Origin: Clostridia bacterium
GTDB taxonomy: Bacteria; Bacillota; Clostridia; Oscillospirales; CAG-272
DNA length: 64,000 nt
Direction: 5' to 3'
NCBI GenBank assembly: GCA_017504605.1
Contig: JAFVQW010000030.1
Location: 26,956 to 90,955 of the forward strand
Numbering within the stretch: the stretch's first letter is position 1; each line of letters begins with the position of its first letter. The notes below the pieces were generated by a model. The model saw only the letters and a list, made by a program, of their open reading frames with translations. It did not search any database and had not been told where the DNA came from. The translations under genes and the position numbers were made by a program. This document shows positions 56,155 to 64,000 of this stretch, piece by piece.

Positions 56155-57130
56155 GCCTTTTTTCCTTTACGCCTTATGCTTCATTTTGAGCTTCGTTCTC
56201 ACGGTTATATCAGAGCGGATTTTAATTCCGTATCTTAAGAGGGCGGCAAAGCAGCCCATATATACCGAGGGCCCGAGCTGGCATATATCAAAAAGCGGAA
56301 CCCCGACTATGGGCGGGCTCGGCTTTGCCCTCGCCGTAGCCGTCGCGCTTCTTCTCGGTGCGGCCTATTTCAATCTGAACGCCGACAGTGGGAGTGCACT
56401 ATCGGTTGTTATTTGTATTCTGTTCGCGCTTTCTAACGCCCTCATCGGTATAATTGATGACTTAAAAAAGCTGAAAAGGCGGGAAAACGCGGGTCTGTCA
56501 CCGCTACAGAAGCTCGCGCTTCAGTCGGTCTGTGCGGCGGCCTTTTTACTCGCACGCGCACATTTTTTCGCCGACACGACAACGCTTTCCTTTTCATTTT
56601 TCGAGCTCGAGCTCGGGTACTTTTATTACCCGCTCGCATTTATACTTCTTCTTGGGATAATTAACTGCGCAAACCTGACCGACGGAGTGGACGGGCTCGC
56701 CTCGAGCGTTGCTTTTGCCGCCTCGGCAGCCTTGTTCTTCATCTCTTTCGGAATGTTTAAGGACGCCTCGCTGATAAGCGCCTCGGCTCTCGGCGCATGT
56801 GCGGGCTTTCTTATATTCAATCTGCACCCGGCGCGTATATTTATGGGAGATACCGGCTCGCTTTTTCTCGGGGCACTCATAGCGGGGGTAGCCTTCTCGC
56901 TTGAAAATCCGTTCGTTATAATTCTCATTTGCGGCGTTTACGCTATCGAGGGCATTTCGGTAATTTTACAGGTTATCTCTTATAAGCTGACGAAAAAAAG
57001 AATATTCAAGATGGCCCCCCTGCACCATCATCTCGAAAGGAGCGGTTGGAGTGAAAACAAAATTTGCATCGTGGCAATACTCACGACCTTTCTTCTCTCT
57101 CTTTTGGCCTTCGCCATTTATATGCCATGA
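56144..57130 (+). CDS. mraY: Phospho-N-acetylmuramoyl-pentapeptide transferase
   Basis: GTPTMGG, NLTDGVDGLA and MGDTGSL motifs, 10 TM segments. Confidence 0.95.
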   Translation: MTDKPFFLYALCFILSFVLTVISERILIPYLKRAAKQPIYTEGPSWHISKSGTPTMGGLGFALAVAVALLLGAAYFNLNADSGSALSVVICILFALSNALIGIIDDLKKLKRRENAGLSPLQKLALQSVCAAAFLLARAHFFADTTTLSFSFFELELGYFYYPLAFILLLGIINCANLTDGVDGLASSVAFAASAALFFISFGMFKDASLISASALGACAGFLIFNLHPARIFMGDTGSLFLGALIAGVAFSLENPFVIILICGVYAIEGISVILQVISYKLTKKRIFKMAPLHHHLERSGWSENKICIVAILTTFLLSLLAFAIYMP

Positions 57131-58269
57131 GAAGACTTAAGCTCGGAAGCGCTGCTAAGGGCGGTAGGTGCGACCGCCTCTTTCTTATACTTACTCTTCT
57201 TCTCGTCGCATACGGAACGGTTATGGTCTTCACCTCCGGGAGCGCTTACGCTCTTTTTCGCTACGGCGATGCGTTTTATTTTGTAAAGCGGCAGACGATT
57301 TGGCTCGTTCTCGGACTTGCGGCTATGCTTTTAGCCTCTCAAATCAAGATGGATTTTTTCAAAAAAGCAACTCTGCCCGCATATTTCTTTACGATTTTGC
57401 TTTTAGTGCTTGTTTTGGTCATAGGCCTTGTGGGCAACGGAGCGAAGCGCTGGATATCCGTCGGACCGATAACGATACAGCCCTCGGAGATAGCGAAGCT
57501 GACAATGGTAATGATGCTCGCGCTGTATTTCTCGAGCTTTGAGAGTGCGGCGACGGAGCAGAAAAGCGGGCGGCGCTCTCTCGTCTATGGCACTCTTATC
57601 CCCTTCTCGATTATGCTTCTGCCCATTCTCCTCGTTATGCTGCAAAAGCATCTCTCCTGCATTATCATACTCGGTACCATAGGGCTTATCCTAATCGTTC
57701 TCGCGGGGGTAAATTTAAAGTACATATCCGTCCTTACCGCCCTCGGCGCCACAGGAGTAGCATATATAGCGCTCTTCACCGACTATACCAAGGAGAGAAT
57801 AACGGTATGGCAAAACCCCGAGGCATATAAGCTTACGGGCGGCTGGCAAACGCTGCAGGGGCTTATGGCAATCGGCTCGGGCGGTATATTCGGCAAGGGA
57901 CTCGGTGGCGGAGAGCTAAAGCACTGCTACGTGTCCGAGCCCGCAAACGATATGATTTTCGCCATTCTTTGCGAGGAGCTCGGGCTTATAGGCGGGGCGG
58001 CCGCTATAGCCCTCTTTGCGGCCCTCGTCCTGCGCGGATATACTATTGCACTCCGTGCCCCCGACACCTACTCGCGCCTGATAGTGCTCGGTATAACCAC
58101 CAAGGTAGCGGTACAGACGCTGTTAAACATAGCCGTAGTTACCAATACCATTCCGAATACCGGAATATCGCTCCCATTTTTCAGCTATGGCGGCTCCTCG
58201 CTCGTTATGCTGCTTTTTGAAATGGGAATAATACTCTCGGTATCAAGACGGTCAAAAATTCAAAAATAA
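57127..58269 (+). CDS. ftsW: SEDS-family peptidoglycan polymerase FtsW/SpoVE
   Basis: ATGA overlap with the mraY stop. IQPSEIAKL, multi-TM, GISLPFFSYGGSS. Confidence 0.9.
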   Translation: MRRLKLGSAAKGGRCDRLFLILTLLLVAYGTVMVFTSGSAYALFRYGDAFYFVKRQTIWLVLGLAAMLLASQIKMDFFKKATLPAYFFTILLLVLVLVIGLVGNGAKRWISVGPITIQPSEIAKLTMVMMLALYFSSFESAATEQKSGRRSLVYGTLIPFSIMLLPILLVMLQKHLSCIIILGTIGLILIVLAGVNLKYISVLTALGATGVAYIALFTDYTKERITVWQNPEAYKLTGGWQTLQGLMAIGSGGIFGKGLGGGELKHCYVSEPANDMIFAILCEELGLIGGAAAIALFAALVLRGYTIALRAPDTYSRLIVLGITTKVAVQTLLNIAVVTNTIPNTGISLPFFSYGGSSLVMLLFEMGIILSVSRRSKIQK

Positions 58270-58279
58270 GGAGCAAGAT

Positions 58280-59395
58280 ATGAAAATTCTCTTTTGCGGT
58301 GGCGGTACTGCGGGGCACGTCAGCCCCGCTATTGCTATTGCCGAAATAATGAAGGGGGCCTATCCCGGTGCGGAGATTGCATTCGTCGGAAGAGCCGGAG
58401 GGGATGAAAACCGAGCGATAACGCGTGCGGGGTACAAGCTCTATACCGTAGAAGTAGAGGGCCTGTGTCGCAGGCTTTCCCCGGCGCTCCTAAAAAGCAT
58501 CAAAAAGGCATTTTCGGCAACGGCAGAGGCGAAGAAAATTCTACGCGAGTTTTCTCCGGACATAGTAATAGGCACGGGCGGCTACGTCTCGTGGCCGGTA
58601 ATCCGCGCGGCCTCGGGAATGAAAATAAAAACCGCTCTGCACGAATCGAATGCCGAGGCGGGGCTTGTCACCCGCCTTCTTGCCACAAAATGCGACGTCG
58701 TGCTTTTAAACCTCGCCGATGCAAAAAGGCATCTGCCGAAACGAGCAAGGACCGAGGTCGTAGGAAATCCCGTTCACCCGAGCTTCTCGGGTAAAACAAA
58801 AGATGATGCAAAGGCGGCGCTCGGTATACCGAAAAGAGATATTCTCGTGGTTTCCTTCGGCGGGAGCGGCGGCTCTGAAAAAATGAACGATGCCATAGTC
58901 GAGCTTATGAGGTCCTACACCTCTCGCACACCAAGACTGAGGCATATCCACGCCACGGGCCGCAAATATTTTCCAAAGCTGAAGGAGCGCGAGCCGCGGC
59001 TCGCATACGGATACGGAGGCGCGCGTATTGTTCCGTACATTGAAAACGCGCCCGAGATGCTTCTTGCGGCCGATATATCAATCACCAGAAGCGGAGCTAT
59101 GACCCTCGCAGAGCTGTCGGCGGCGGGGACTGCGGCAATATTAATTCCCTCGCCTAACGTAACCGCAAATCATCAGTATAAAAACGCACTTGCTTACAAG
59201 GAGCACGGCGGAGCAATTTTAATTCCCGAGGAGGAGTTAAGCGCGCAGAGCCTTCGCGACGTCCTCTGCAATCTCGTACGGGACGGAGCTCTCCGTAATA
59301 AAATGCAAGCCGATATAAAAGCACTCCGCGACGGCAAAGTCGAGGAGAAAATTCTCGCAATTTTAACCGAGCTTATGCAACAGACGAGAGGATAA
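58280..59395 (+). CDS. murG: Lipid II synthase (undecaprenyl-PP-MurNAc-pentapeptide GlcNAc transferase)
   Basis: GGGTAGHVSPAIAIA N-terminus and RSGAMTLAEL. Confidence 0.93.
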   Translation: MKILFCGGGTAGHVSPAIAIAEIMKGAYPGAEIAFVGRAGGDENRAITRAGYKLYTVEVEGLCRRLSPALLKSIKKAFSATAEAKKILREFSPDIVIGTGGYVSWPVIRAASGMKIKTALHESNAEAGLVTRLLATKCDVVLLNLADAKRHLPKRARTEVVGNPVHPSFSGKTKDDAKAALGIPKRDILVVSFGGSGGSEKMNDAIVELMRSYTSRTPRLRHIHATGRKYFPKLKEREPRLAYGYGGARIVPYIENAPEMLLAADISITRSGAMTLAELSAAGTAAILIPSPNVTANHQYKNALAYKEHGGAILIPEEELSAQSLRDVLCNLVRDGALRNKMQADIKALRDGKVEEKILAILTELMQQTRG

Positions 59396-59496
59396 GCGAC
59401 AAAACCCGACACAAAGTCCGTTTTTACTTTTCTGCCGCGAAATAAATATTTAAAATAATGTTATTTTGTTAAGAAAAAATATTTTATTTCAAAGAC

Positions 59497-59525
59497 TTGC
59501 TTTTAATATAAAAATATTATATAAT
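59497..59525 (+). promoter_or_regulatory. sigma-A type promoter upstream of ftsZ
   Basis: TTGCTT (59497-59502), 17-nt spacer, TATAAT (59520-59525), inside an AT-rich 211-bp gap. Confidence 0.55.
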
Positions 59526-59606
59526 ATAATTGATATTTAAAAGTAAAGTTTGCATACGCGGTATGCATTATCAATAGTGACCTAAAAAAACGGAGGGTGG
59601 ATTACA

Positions 59607-60887
59607 ATGGACAGCAAAATGGAATTCGATTTTGAGCAGGTATTCGATAGCGGAATCAATATCAAGGTAATCGGTGTCGGCGGCGGCGGAAACAACGCCG
59701 TTAACCGCATGATTTCAACCAATATTCGCGGCGTAGAGTTTATCGCCGTAAACACGGACAGCCAGGTGCTGGATGCATCCTGTGCCGCAAAGAGAGTGGT
59801 AATCGGTGATAAGATTACCCGCGGTAAGGGCGCGGGCGCTAACCCCGAGGTCGGTAAGCGCAGTGCCGAGGAGTCTACCGAGGACATCAAGGCCGTTCTT
59901 GACGGCGCTGATATGGTATTCATCACTGCCGGAATGGGCGGTGGTACGGGTACCGGTGCCGCTCCCGTAATCGCGAAGATTGCAAAGGAGCTCGGTATTC
60001 TTACCGTCGGTATCGTTACCAAGCCCTTCTCCTTCGAGGGCAGACGCAGAATGCTTCAGGCAGAGGCGGGAATCGCCGAGCTTTCCAAGTTCGTTGACTC
60101 GCTTATCGTTATCCCCAACGAGAGACTTAAGCAGGTTGAGGATACCCATATTACGCTTGCAAACGCGTTTGAGATTGCCGACGACGTTCTTCGCCGCGGC
60201 GTTCAGTCGGTTTCCGAGCTTATCAACGTTCCCGGCTTCGTCAACCTCGACTTTGCCGACGTTACGACCATTATGAAAAACGCAGGCTACGCTCATATGG
60301 GCGTTGGCTCTGCCAAGGGCTCTGATAAGGCACAGCTCGCCGCTATGGCGGCTATCTCCTCTCCCCTGCTCGAGACGAGCATTGCGGGAGCTACCGGTGT
60401 TCTTGTCAGCATCACCGCATCCGAGGATATTCAGCTCGACGAGGTCGAGACCGCTTCCCGCATGATTTACGAGGAGGCTCATCCCGATGCAACCATTATC
60501 TGGGGTGCGGCATTCGCTCCCGAGCTTACCGATGAGATGCGCGTCACCATCATCGCAACCGGCTTTATTAACAACGGTGAGAATGAGGAGGCTCCGAGAG
60601 CCAAGGAGGCTACCGCTCCCGTGCAGAGAGCGACAGAGCGCCCCGCTCCCGAGAAGGTATATCGCGAGGCACCTGCTCCCGCTGAGGAGCCCGTCGCAGT
60701 CGCAGCGCCCGCAGTAAGCGAGCCCGAGCCCGTAGCATACGAGGCGCCCGCTCCCGTTACCGTTGCCGCTCCTACCGTTAAGGTAGAGGAGGTTTCCCGC
60801 CCCGAGGCGAAGCCCTCATACACCTCCGCGAGCGACATCAGCGATGCATACGACGAGATCTTCACCTTCATCAAAAAGAAGAAATAA
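59607..60887 (+). CDS. ftsZ: Cell division protein FtsZ
   Basis: [30 protein letters not shown]. Long Pro/Ala/Glu-rich linker and a C-terminal peptide [11 protein letters not shown]. Confidence 0.97.
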   Translation: MDSKMEFDFEQVFDSGINIKVIGVGGGGNNAVNRMISTNIRGVEFIAVNTDSQVLDASCAAKRVVIGDKITRGKGAGANPEVGKRSAEESTEDIKAVLDGADMVFITAGMGGGTGTGAAPVIAKIAKELGILTVGIVTKPFSFEGRRRMLQAEAGIAELSKFVDSLIVIPNERLKQVEDTHITLANAFEIADDVLRRGVQSVSELINVPGFVNLDFADVTTIMKNAGYAHMGVGSAKGSDKAQLAAMAAISSPLLETSIAGATGVLVSITASEDIQLDEVETASRMIYEEAHPDATIIWGAAFAPELTDEMRVTIIATGFINNGENEEAPRAKEATAPVQRATERPAPEKVYREAPAPAEEPVAVAAPAVSEPEPVAYEAPAPVTVAAPTVKVEEVSRPEAKPSYTSASDISDAYDEIFTFIKKKK

Positions 60888-60901
60888 TCATCCTACATAA
60901 A

Positions 60902-60940
60902 AGAGGCGAAACGCTTGTTTCGCCTCTTTTTCTTTTTTTG
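60902..60940 (+). terminator. Intrinsic terminator after ftsZ
   Basis: AGAGGCGAAAC-GCTT-GTTTCGCCTCT followed by TTTTTCTTTTTTT. Confidence 0.85.
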
Positions 60941-61234
60941 CTCCCGTGTTTACAATTTTACCAAAATACATTTTTCCGTTCTGACCTTTTTCGACATTTT
61001 GGCGAGGTGTACACTTTTCCGCACCAAGTTTTCAACATCAATTACGGCCATTTTCAGAAGTTTTGAGCAAAATCTGCTCTATTTTACTTAAAATCACGGA
61101 ATTATGTAGTTTTTCAAGGTCGAGTTTTCAACATTCGTTTTTGTGTTTTTCGGTGTTTATCAACACAATCAACACTTTTTTCTCCTTGGAACGAAAAAGT
61201 GTATTTTCTCATTTTTAGCGTCAAAAAACAAAAA

Positions 61235-61285
61235 AGCGGGCGTGCAGCTCCCTACCCTAAGACAAGCCGCACACCCGCTTTTTTG
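61235..61285 (-). terminator. Intrinsic terminator after the mreB-like operon
   Basis: Minus strand AGCGGGTGTGCGGC...GCTGCACGCCCGCT followed by TTTTTTGTTTTTT. Confidence 0.7.
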
Positions 61286-61293
61286 TGTAAAAA

Positions 61294-61410
61294 TTATTTA
61301 TGCGTTAAGTACAGGAGCATTCCCGCAATAACGGCAAACGCCATAATGCCGGCAAGGAGAGCCGCCATGACTCTCGCCCCCATATTGGTCTTTCTTCCGC
61401 CGTTCTTCAT
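61294..61410 (-). CDS. Small membrane peptide (38 aa), below the ORF-track cutoff
   Basis: MKNGGRKTNMGARVMAALLAGIMAFAVIAGMLLYLTHK. AAGGTGAGGA RBS. Starts 18 nt after the mreB-like stop and is followed by the terminator. Confidence 0.4.
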   Translation of the reverse strand: MKNGGRKTNMGARVMAALLAGIMAFAVIAGMLLYLTHK

Positions 61411-61428
61411 TTCCCTTTTCCTCACCTT

Positions 61429-62472
61429 CTACCCCTTACTCTGTTCGTATAGCTTCGGAACGAGCGAGGTAATGTTTTTATTGTTAACACGTTGCTTCAT
61501 GGGTATAAATCCGTTTATGCGCGAAAGTCCCTTCGCCACACAGTCGATAGCGCCCTGCGGCTTAACTATCGGGATACCGAGTACCTTCTCCATAAGGCAC
61601 TCAAGTCCGAAGAGTTCTGCCCCGCCGCCCGTGAGAACAATACCGTTCTCAAAGACGTCCTTCACCGCATCGGTGGGTATTCTCTTCACCGCCGCAACCA
61701 CGGCAAGCATAAGCGTATGTACAGGCTCCTCAAACACACCGACGATATCCTCGGTCGTAACGTTCATCTTTAGCCTGTTTCCGGTAAGAGAGAGGGTTCC
61801 CTCAATATCTATGCTCTCGTTTGCCCTACCCTTCCAGACGGCGCCAAGCTTCTCCTTAATCGCTCTTGCTACAATGAGAGAAATATTTACGTCTCCCTGC
61901 TCGAGCACGTATCGCTGAACGGCTCGGTCAAAATCCTCACCGCCGATATTCTCCCGCGCGGTGAAGAGCACCTCGCCACCGTGGAGAACCGCAATCTCGG
62001 TGCACTGAGCACCGACGTTGACCGATATGACACTCATAGTAGGCGAGTAGCCCGCACCGACGAGTGCCGCAACCGGACGTGCCACCGAGAGCGAGGTGGT
62101 CACCCCCGCGGCCTCGAGCATTCCAAAGAGCTCCTTCTCCTGCTTCGGCAAGAAGTCTGACGGAACGCCGACGACACACCGTATCTTATCCGCAGGCTTA
62201 ACCGCACTGATAGCGTTTGAGATGATTTCCTTCGTCAGCTGATGGTCAAAGAGTATACCGTTCTTAAAAGGACGGATAAGCATTCCCGGGACCCCCGCGG
62301 CATCAGTGCCGCCCGCGGCAACCGCATCGTTACCGACTGAGATAATACGGCGTGCATCTGTCGGAGCGTCCTTATACACGAGTGCAATCGACGGCTCTCT
62401 GTATATCTCGGCGGTGACGTCGCTGAGGGTAATATTCGCATAGCCGAGGTCAAGTCCGATCTTCGTGACCAT
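61429..62472 (-). CDS. Divergent MreB/actin-like ATPase-fold protein
   Basis: MreB-like length (347 aa) and motifs (GLDLGYANI, PFKNGIL, IGGEDFD, GIVLTGGGAEL). The phosphate-2 loop reads NVGAQCTE instead of DIGGGTTE. Confidence 0.75.
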   Translation of the reverse strand: MVTKIGLDLGYANITLSDVTAEIYREPSIALVYKDAPTDARRIISVGNDAVAAGGTDAAGVPGMLIRPFKNGILFDHQLTKEIISNAISAVKPADKIRCVVGVPSDFLPKQEKELFGMLEAAGVTTSLSVARPVAALVGAGYSPTMSVISVNVGAQCTEIAVLHGGEVLFTARENIGGEDFDRAVQRYVLEQGDVNISLIVARAIKEKLGAVWKGRANESIDIEGTLSLTGNRLKMNVTTEDIVGVFEEPVHTLMLAVVAAVKRIPTDAVKDVFENGIVLTGGGAELFGLECLMEKVLGIPIVKPQGAIDCVAKGLSRINGFIPMKQRVNNKNITSLVPKLYEQSKG

Positions 62473-62578
62473 ACCGTATCTCCTTCCTTTCGTCGATAAC
62501 TATACCATCTTACATCATTATACAATATTTTATTTTGAATTGCAAGACTTAAAATAAATATTTATTGGTTTATACACA

Positions 62579-64000
62579 CTACCATTCGGAAATGCGCTTC
62601 CTCAGCGTGGTATAGCGTTCTATCTCCCGCTTGTTGTGAGCCATACGGGCGGGAATGTCGCTCCTACCGACGAGAATTACCATCTGCCTCGCTCTCGTTA
62701 CGGCGGTATAGAGAAGATTTCTGCTAAGGAGCATCGGGGCGCAGGAGTACATCGGTATAATAACAACCGGGTATTCACTTCCCTGGCTCTTATGTACGGT
62801 AACCGCGTAGGAGAGCTCGAGCTCCTCAAGGAGCGTAAAATCGTATTTAACGAGCCTGTCGTCAAAGCGAATGCTCATATACTCCTCGGCCGCATTTATG
62901 CTCTCTATAACGCCTATATCGCCGTTAAAGATGCCGAGGCCGTCGGCTCCGTCCCTCTCCCACTCTATTTCGTAGTTGTTTACCGTCTGCATCACTCGGT
63001 CGCCCTCACGGAATACCGTACCGTGCGCGGCCTTTTCCTTTTTGAATTTCGCGGGCGGATTTATAGCCGCCTGGAGCTCTCGGTTAAGCACCTCAACTCC
63101 GCCGTAGCCCTTCTTCGAGGGAGTGATGACCTGAATTTTCTCGGTTATGTCCTTCCCATAGGTGCGCGGCAGTCTCTTGGTTATAAGCTCGCATATGGCC
63201 GCGGGGATTTCCCTCTCGTTCTCCCGCCTGACGAAGAAAAAGTCGTTGTCGGTCGCATTAAGCACGGGTGGGTCTCCGTTATTAATACTGTGCGCATTGG
63301 TGACAATAAGGCTCTCCCTTGACTGACGGAATATCTCGGTAAGCCTGACCGTCTCAATCCTTCCCGAGAAAATAAGGTCAAAGAGCACGTTCCCCGCCCC
63401 GACGCTCGGGAGCTGGTCGGCATCTCCGATAAGGATTAAGCGCGAGCCTCGGCGCATAGCGCGCATCAGAGCCTCGGTAAGCGCGAGGTCGAGCATCGAG
63501 GCCTCGTCAATTATAACTACCCGCTCGTCAAGCGGACATCTCTCGTTTCTGTTAAATCGAACGCCGTCTCCAACCGTCCGCTCCATCTCAAGCATACGGT
63601 GAACCGTCTTAGCCTCCGCAGAGGTAGCCTCGCTCATTCTTTTCGCGGCGCGACCGGTGGGTGCGGCGAGCACAACTCGCCAGCCTATCTTGTCGAATAT
63701 GTTTATCAGCGCGCGCACGATTGTCGTCTTTCCCGTTCCGGGGCCGCCCGTAATTACCGTCACACCGCCGAGAATACACCTGAAAAGGGCCTCTCTTTGC
63801 GCCGCGGCGTATTTTATGCCCGAGCGCACCTCCGCCGCTTCTATGAGCGAGGAAACGTCCGAGACGGAAAACGAGGGAGCGTTATTATGTATCTCATAGA
63901 GACGGCGAGCGATAAAGGCCTCGGCCTCAGCCGTCTGACTCAGCATTACGAGAATACTGTCACCGTCGGTGTATTCGGCAAGGCGCTCCTCGGCAACAAA
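62579..64000 (-). CDS. recD2: RecD2-like SF1B DNA helicase, C-terminal about 470 aa (5' end outside window)
   Basis: ITGGPGTGKTT, IIDEASML, LIGDADQLPSVGAGN, YAVTVHKSQGSE. The frame stays open to base 64000. Confidence 0.85.
   Translation of the reverse strand, partial: FVAEERLAEYTDGDSILVMLSQTAEAEAFIARRLYEIHNNAPSFSVSDVSSLIEAAEVRSGIKYAAAQREALFRCILGGVTVITGGPGTGKTTIVRALINIFDKIGWRVVLAAPTGRAAKRMSEATSAEAKTVHRMLEMERTVGDGVRFNRNERCPLDERVVIIDEASMLDLALTEALMRAMRRGSRLILIGDADQLPSVGAGNVLFDLIFSGRIETVRLTEIFRQSRESLIVTNAHSINNGDPPVLNATDNDFFFVRRENEREIPAAICELITKRLPRTYGKDITEKIQVITPSKKGYGGVEVLNRELQAAINPPAKFKKEKAAHGTVFREGDRVMQTVNNYEIEWERDGADGLGIFNGDIGVIESINAAEEYMSIRFDDRLVKYDFTLLEELELSYAVTVHKSQGSEYPVVIIPMYSCAPMLLSRNLLYTAVTRARQMVILVGRSDIPARMAHNKREIERYTTLRKRISEW

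Noticed and set aside
60590-60800. Repetitive Pro/Ala/Glu-rich coding stretch near the ftsZ 3' end.
   Set aside because: This is the intrinsically disordered C-terminal linker typical of FtsZ, not a DNA repeat element or mobile insertion.
1-64000. Search for CRISPR arrays, tRNA or rRNA genes, transposases and integrases.
   Set aside because: No regularly spaced repeat-spacer pattern was seen by eye. No tRNA T-loop or acceptor signatures, rRNA-like stretches or recombinase-like ORFs were seen either. A covariance-model scan would be needed to be certain about small RNAs.

Overview
Chromosomal window from a spore-forming Firmicute of class Clostridia. This rests on spoVT, spoIIGA-sigE, whiA and a SpoVD-like PBP; the fairly GC-rich coding sequence suggests an Oscillospiraceae/Ruminococcaceae-like organism, which cannot be verified here. 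About 95% of the window is densely packed core housekeeping. On the minus strand: ychF, a prfA-sua5-topoisomerase IIA subunit A operon, ackA, dnaG-rpoD, hflX, rpmE, spoIIGA-sigE, a ClpC-like ATPase, dnaE, whiA-murB, and a recN-argR-nadK-tlyA-xseBA-nusB block. On the plus strand: ruvAB and a dcw cluster running mraZ-rsmH-X-PBP-murE-murF-mraY-ftsW-murG-ftsZ. No rRNA, tRNA, CRISPR array, transposase or integrase was recognised. The clearest accessory region is a visibly AT-rich islet of about 1.9 kb (about 15.45-17.2 kb). It carries a 4-TM membrane protein, an orphan ribbon-helix-helix protein and a ParE/Phd toxin-antitoxin pair. It is bracketed by direct repeats of about 165 bp that duplicate the spoVT promoter, leader and first 33 codons, leaving a truncated but expression-competent spoVT 5' fragment. 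Other items worth a second look: a stand-alone BY-kinase/phosphatase module without polysaccharide genes, a candidate small RNA of about 105 nt between rpe and ispF, and three phased MraZ boxes at the dcw promoter. Also notable are an atypical dcw cluster (no murD, ftsQ or ftsA, and an odd protein in the ftsL slot), a divergent MreB-like gene with a 38-aa membrane peptide convergent on ftsZ, and a spoIIGA promoter with a 22-bp spacer. All family assignments come from recognising motifs in the translated ORFs by eye. No database search or computation was run.
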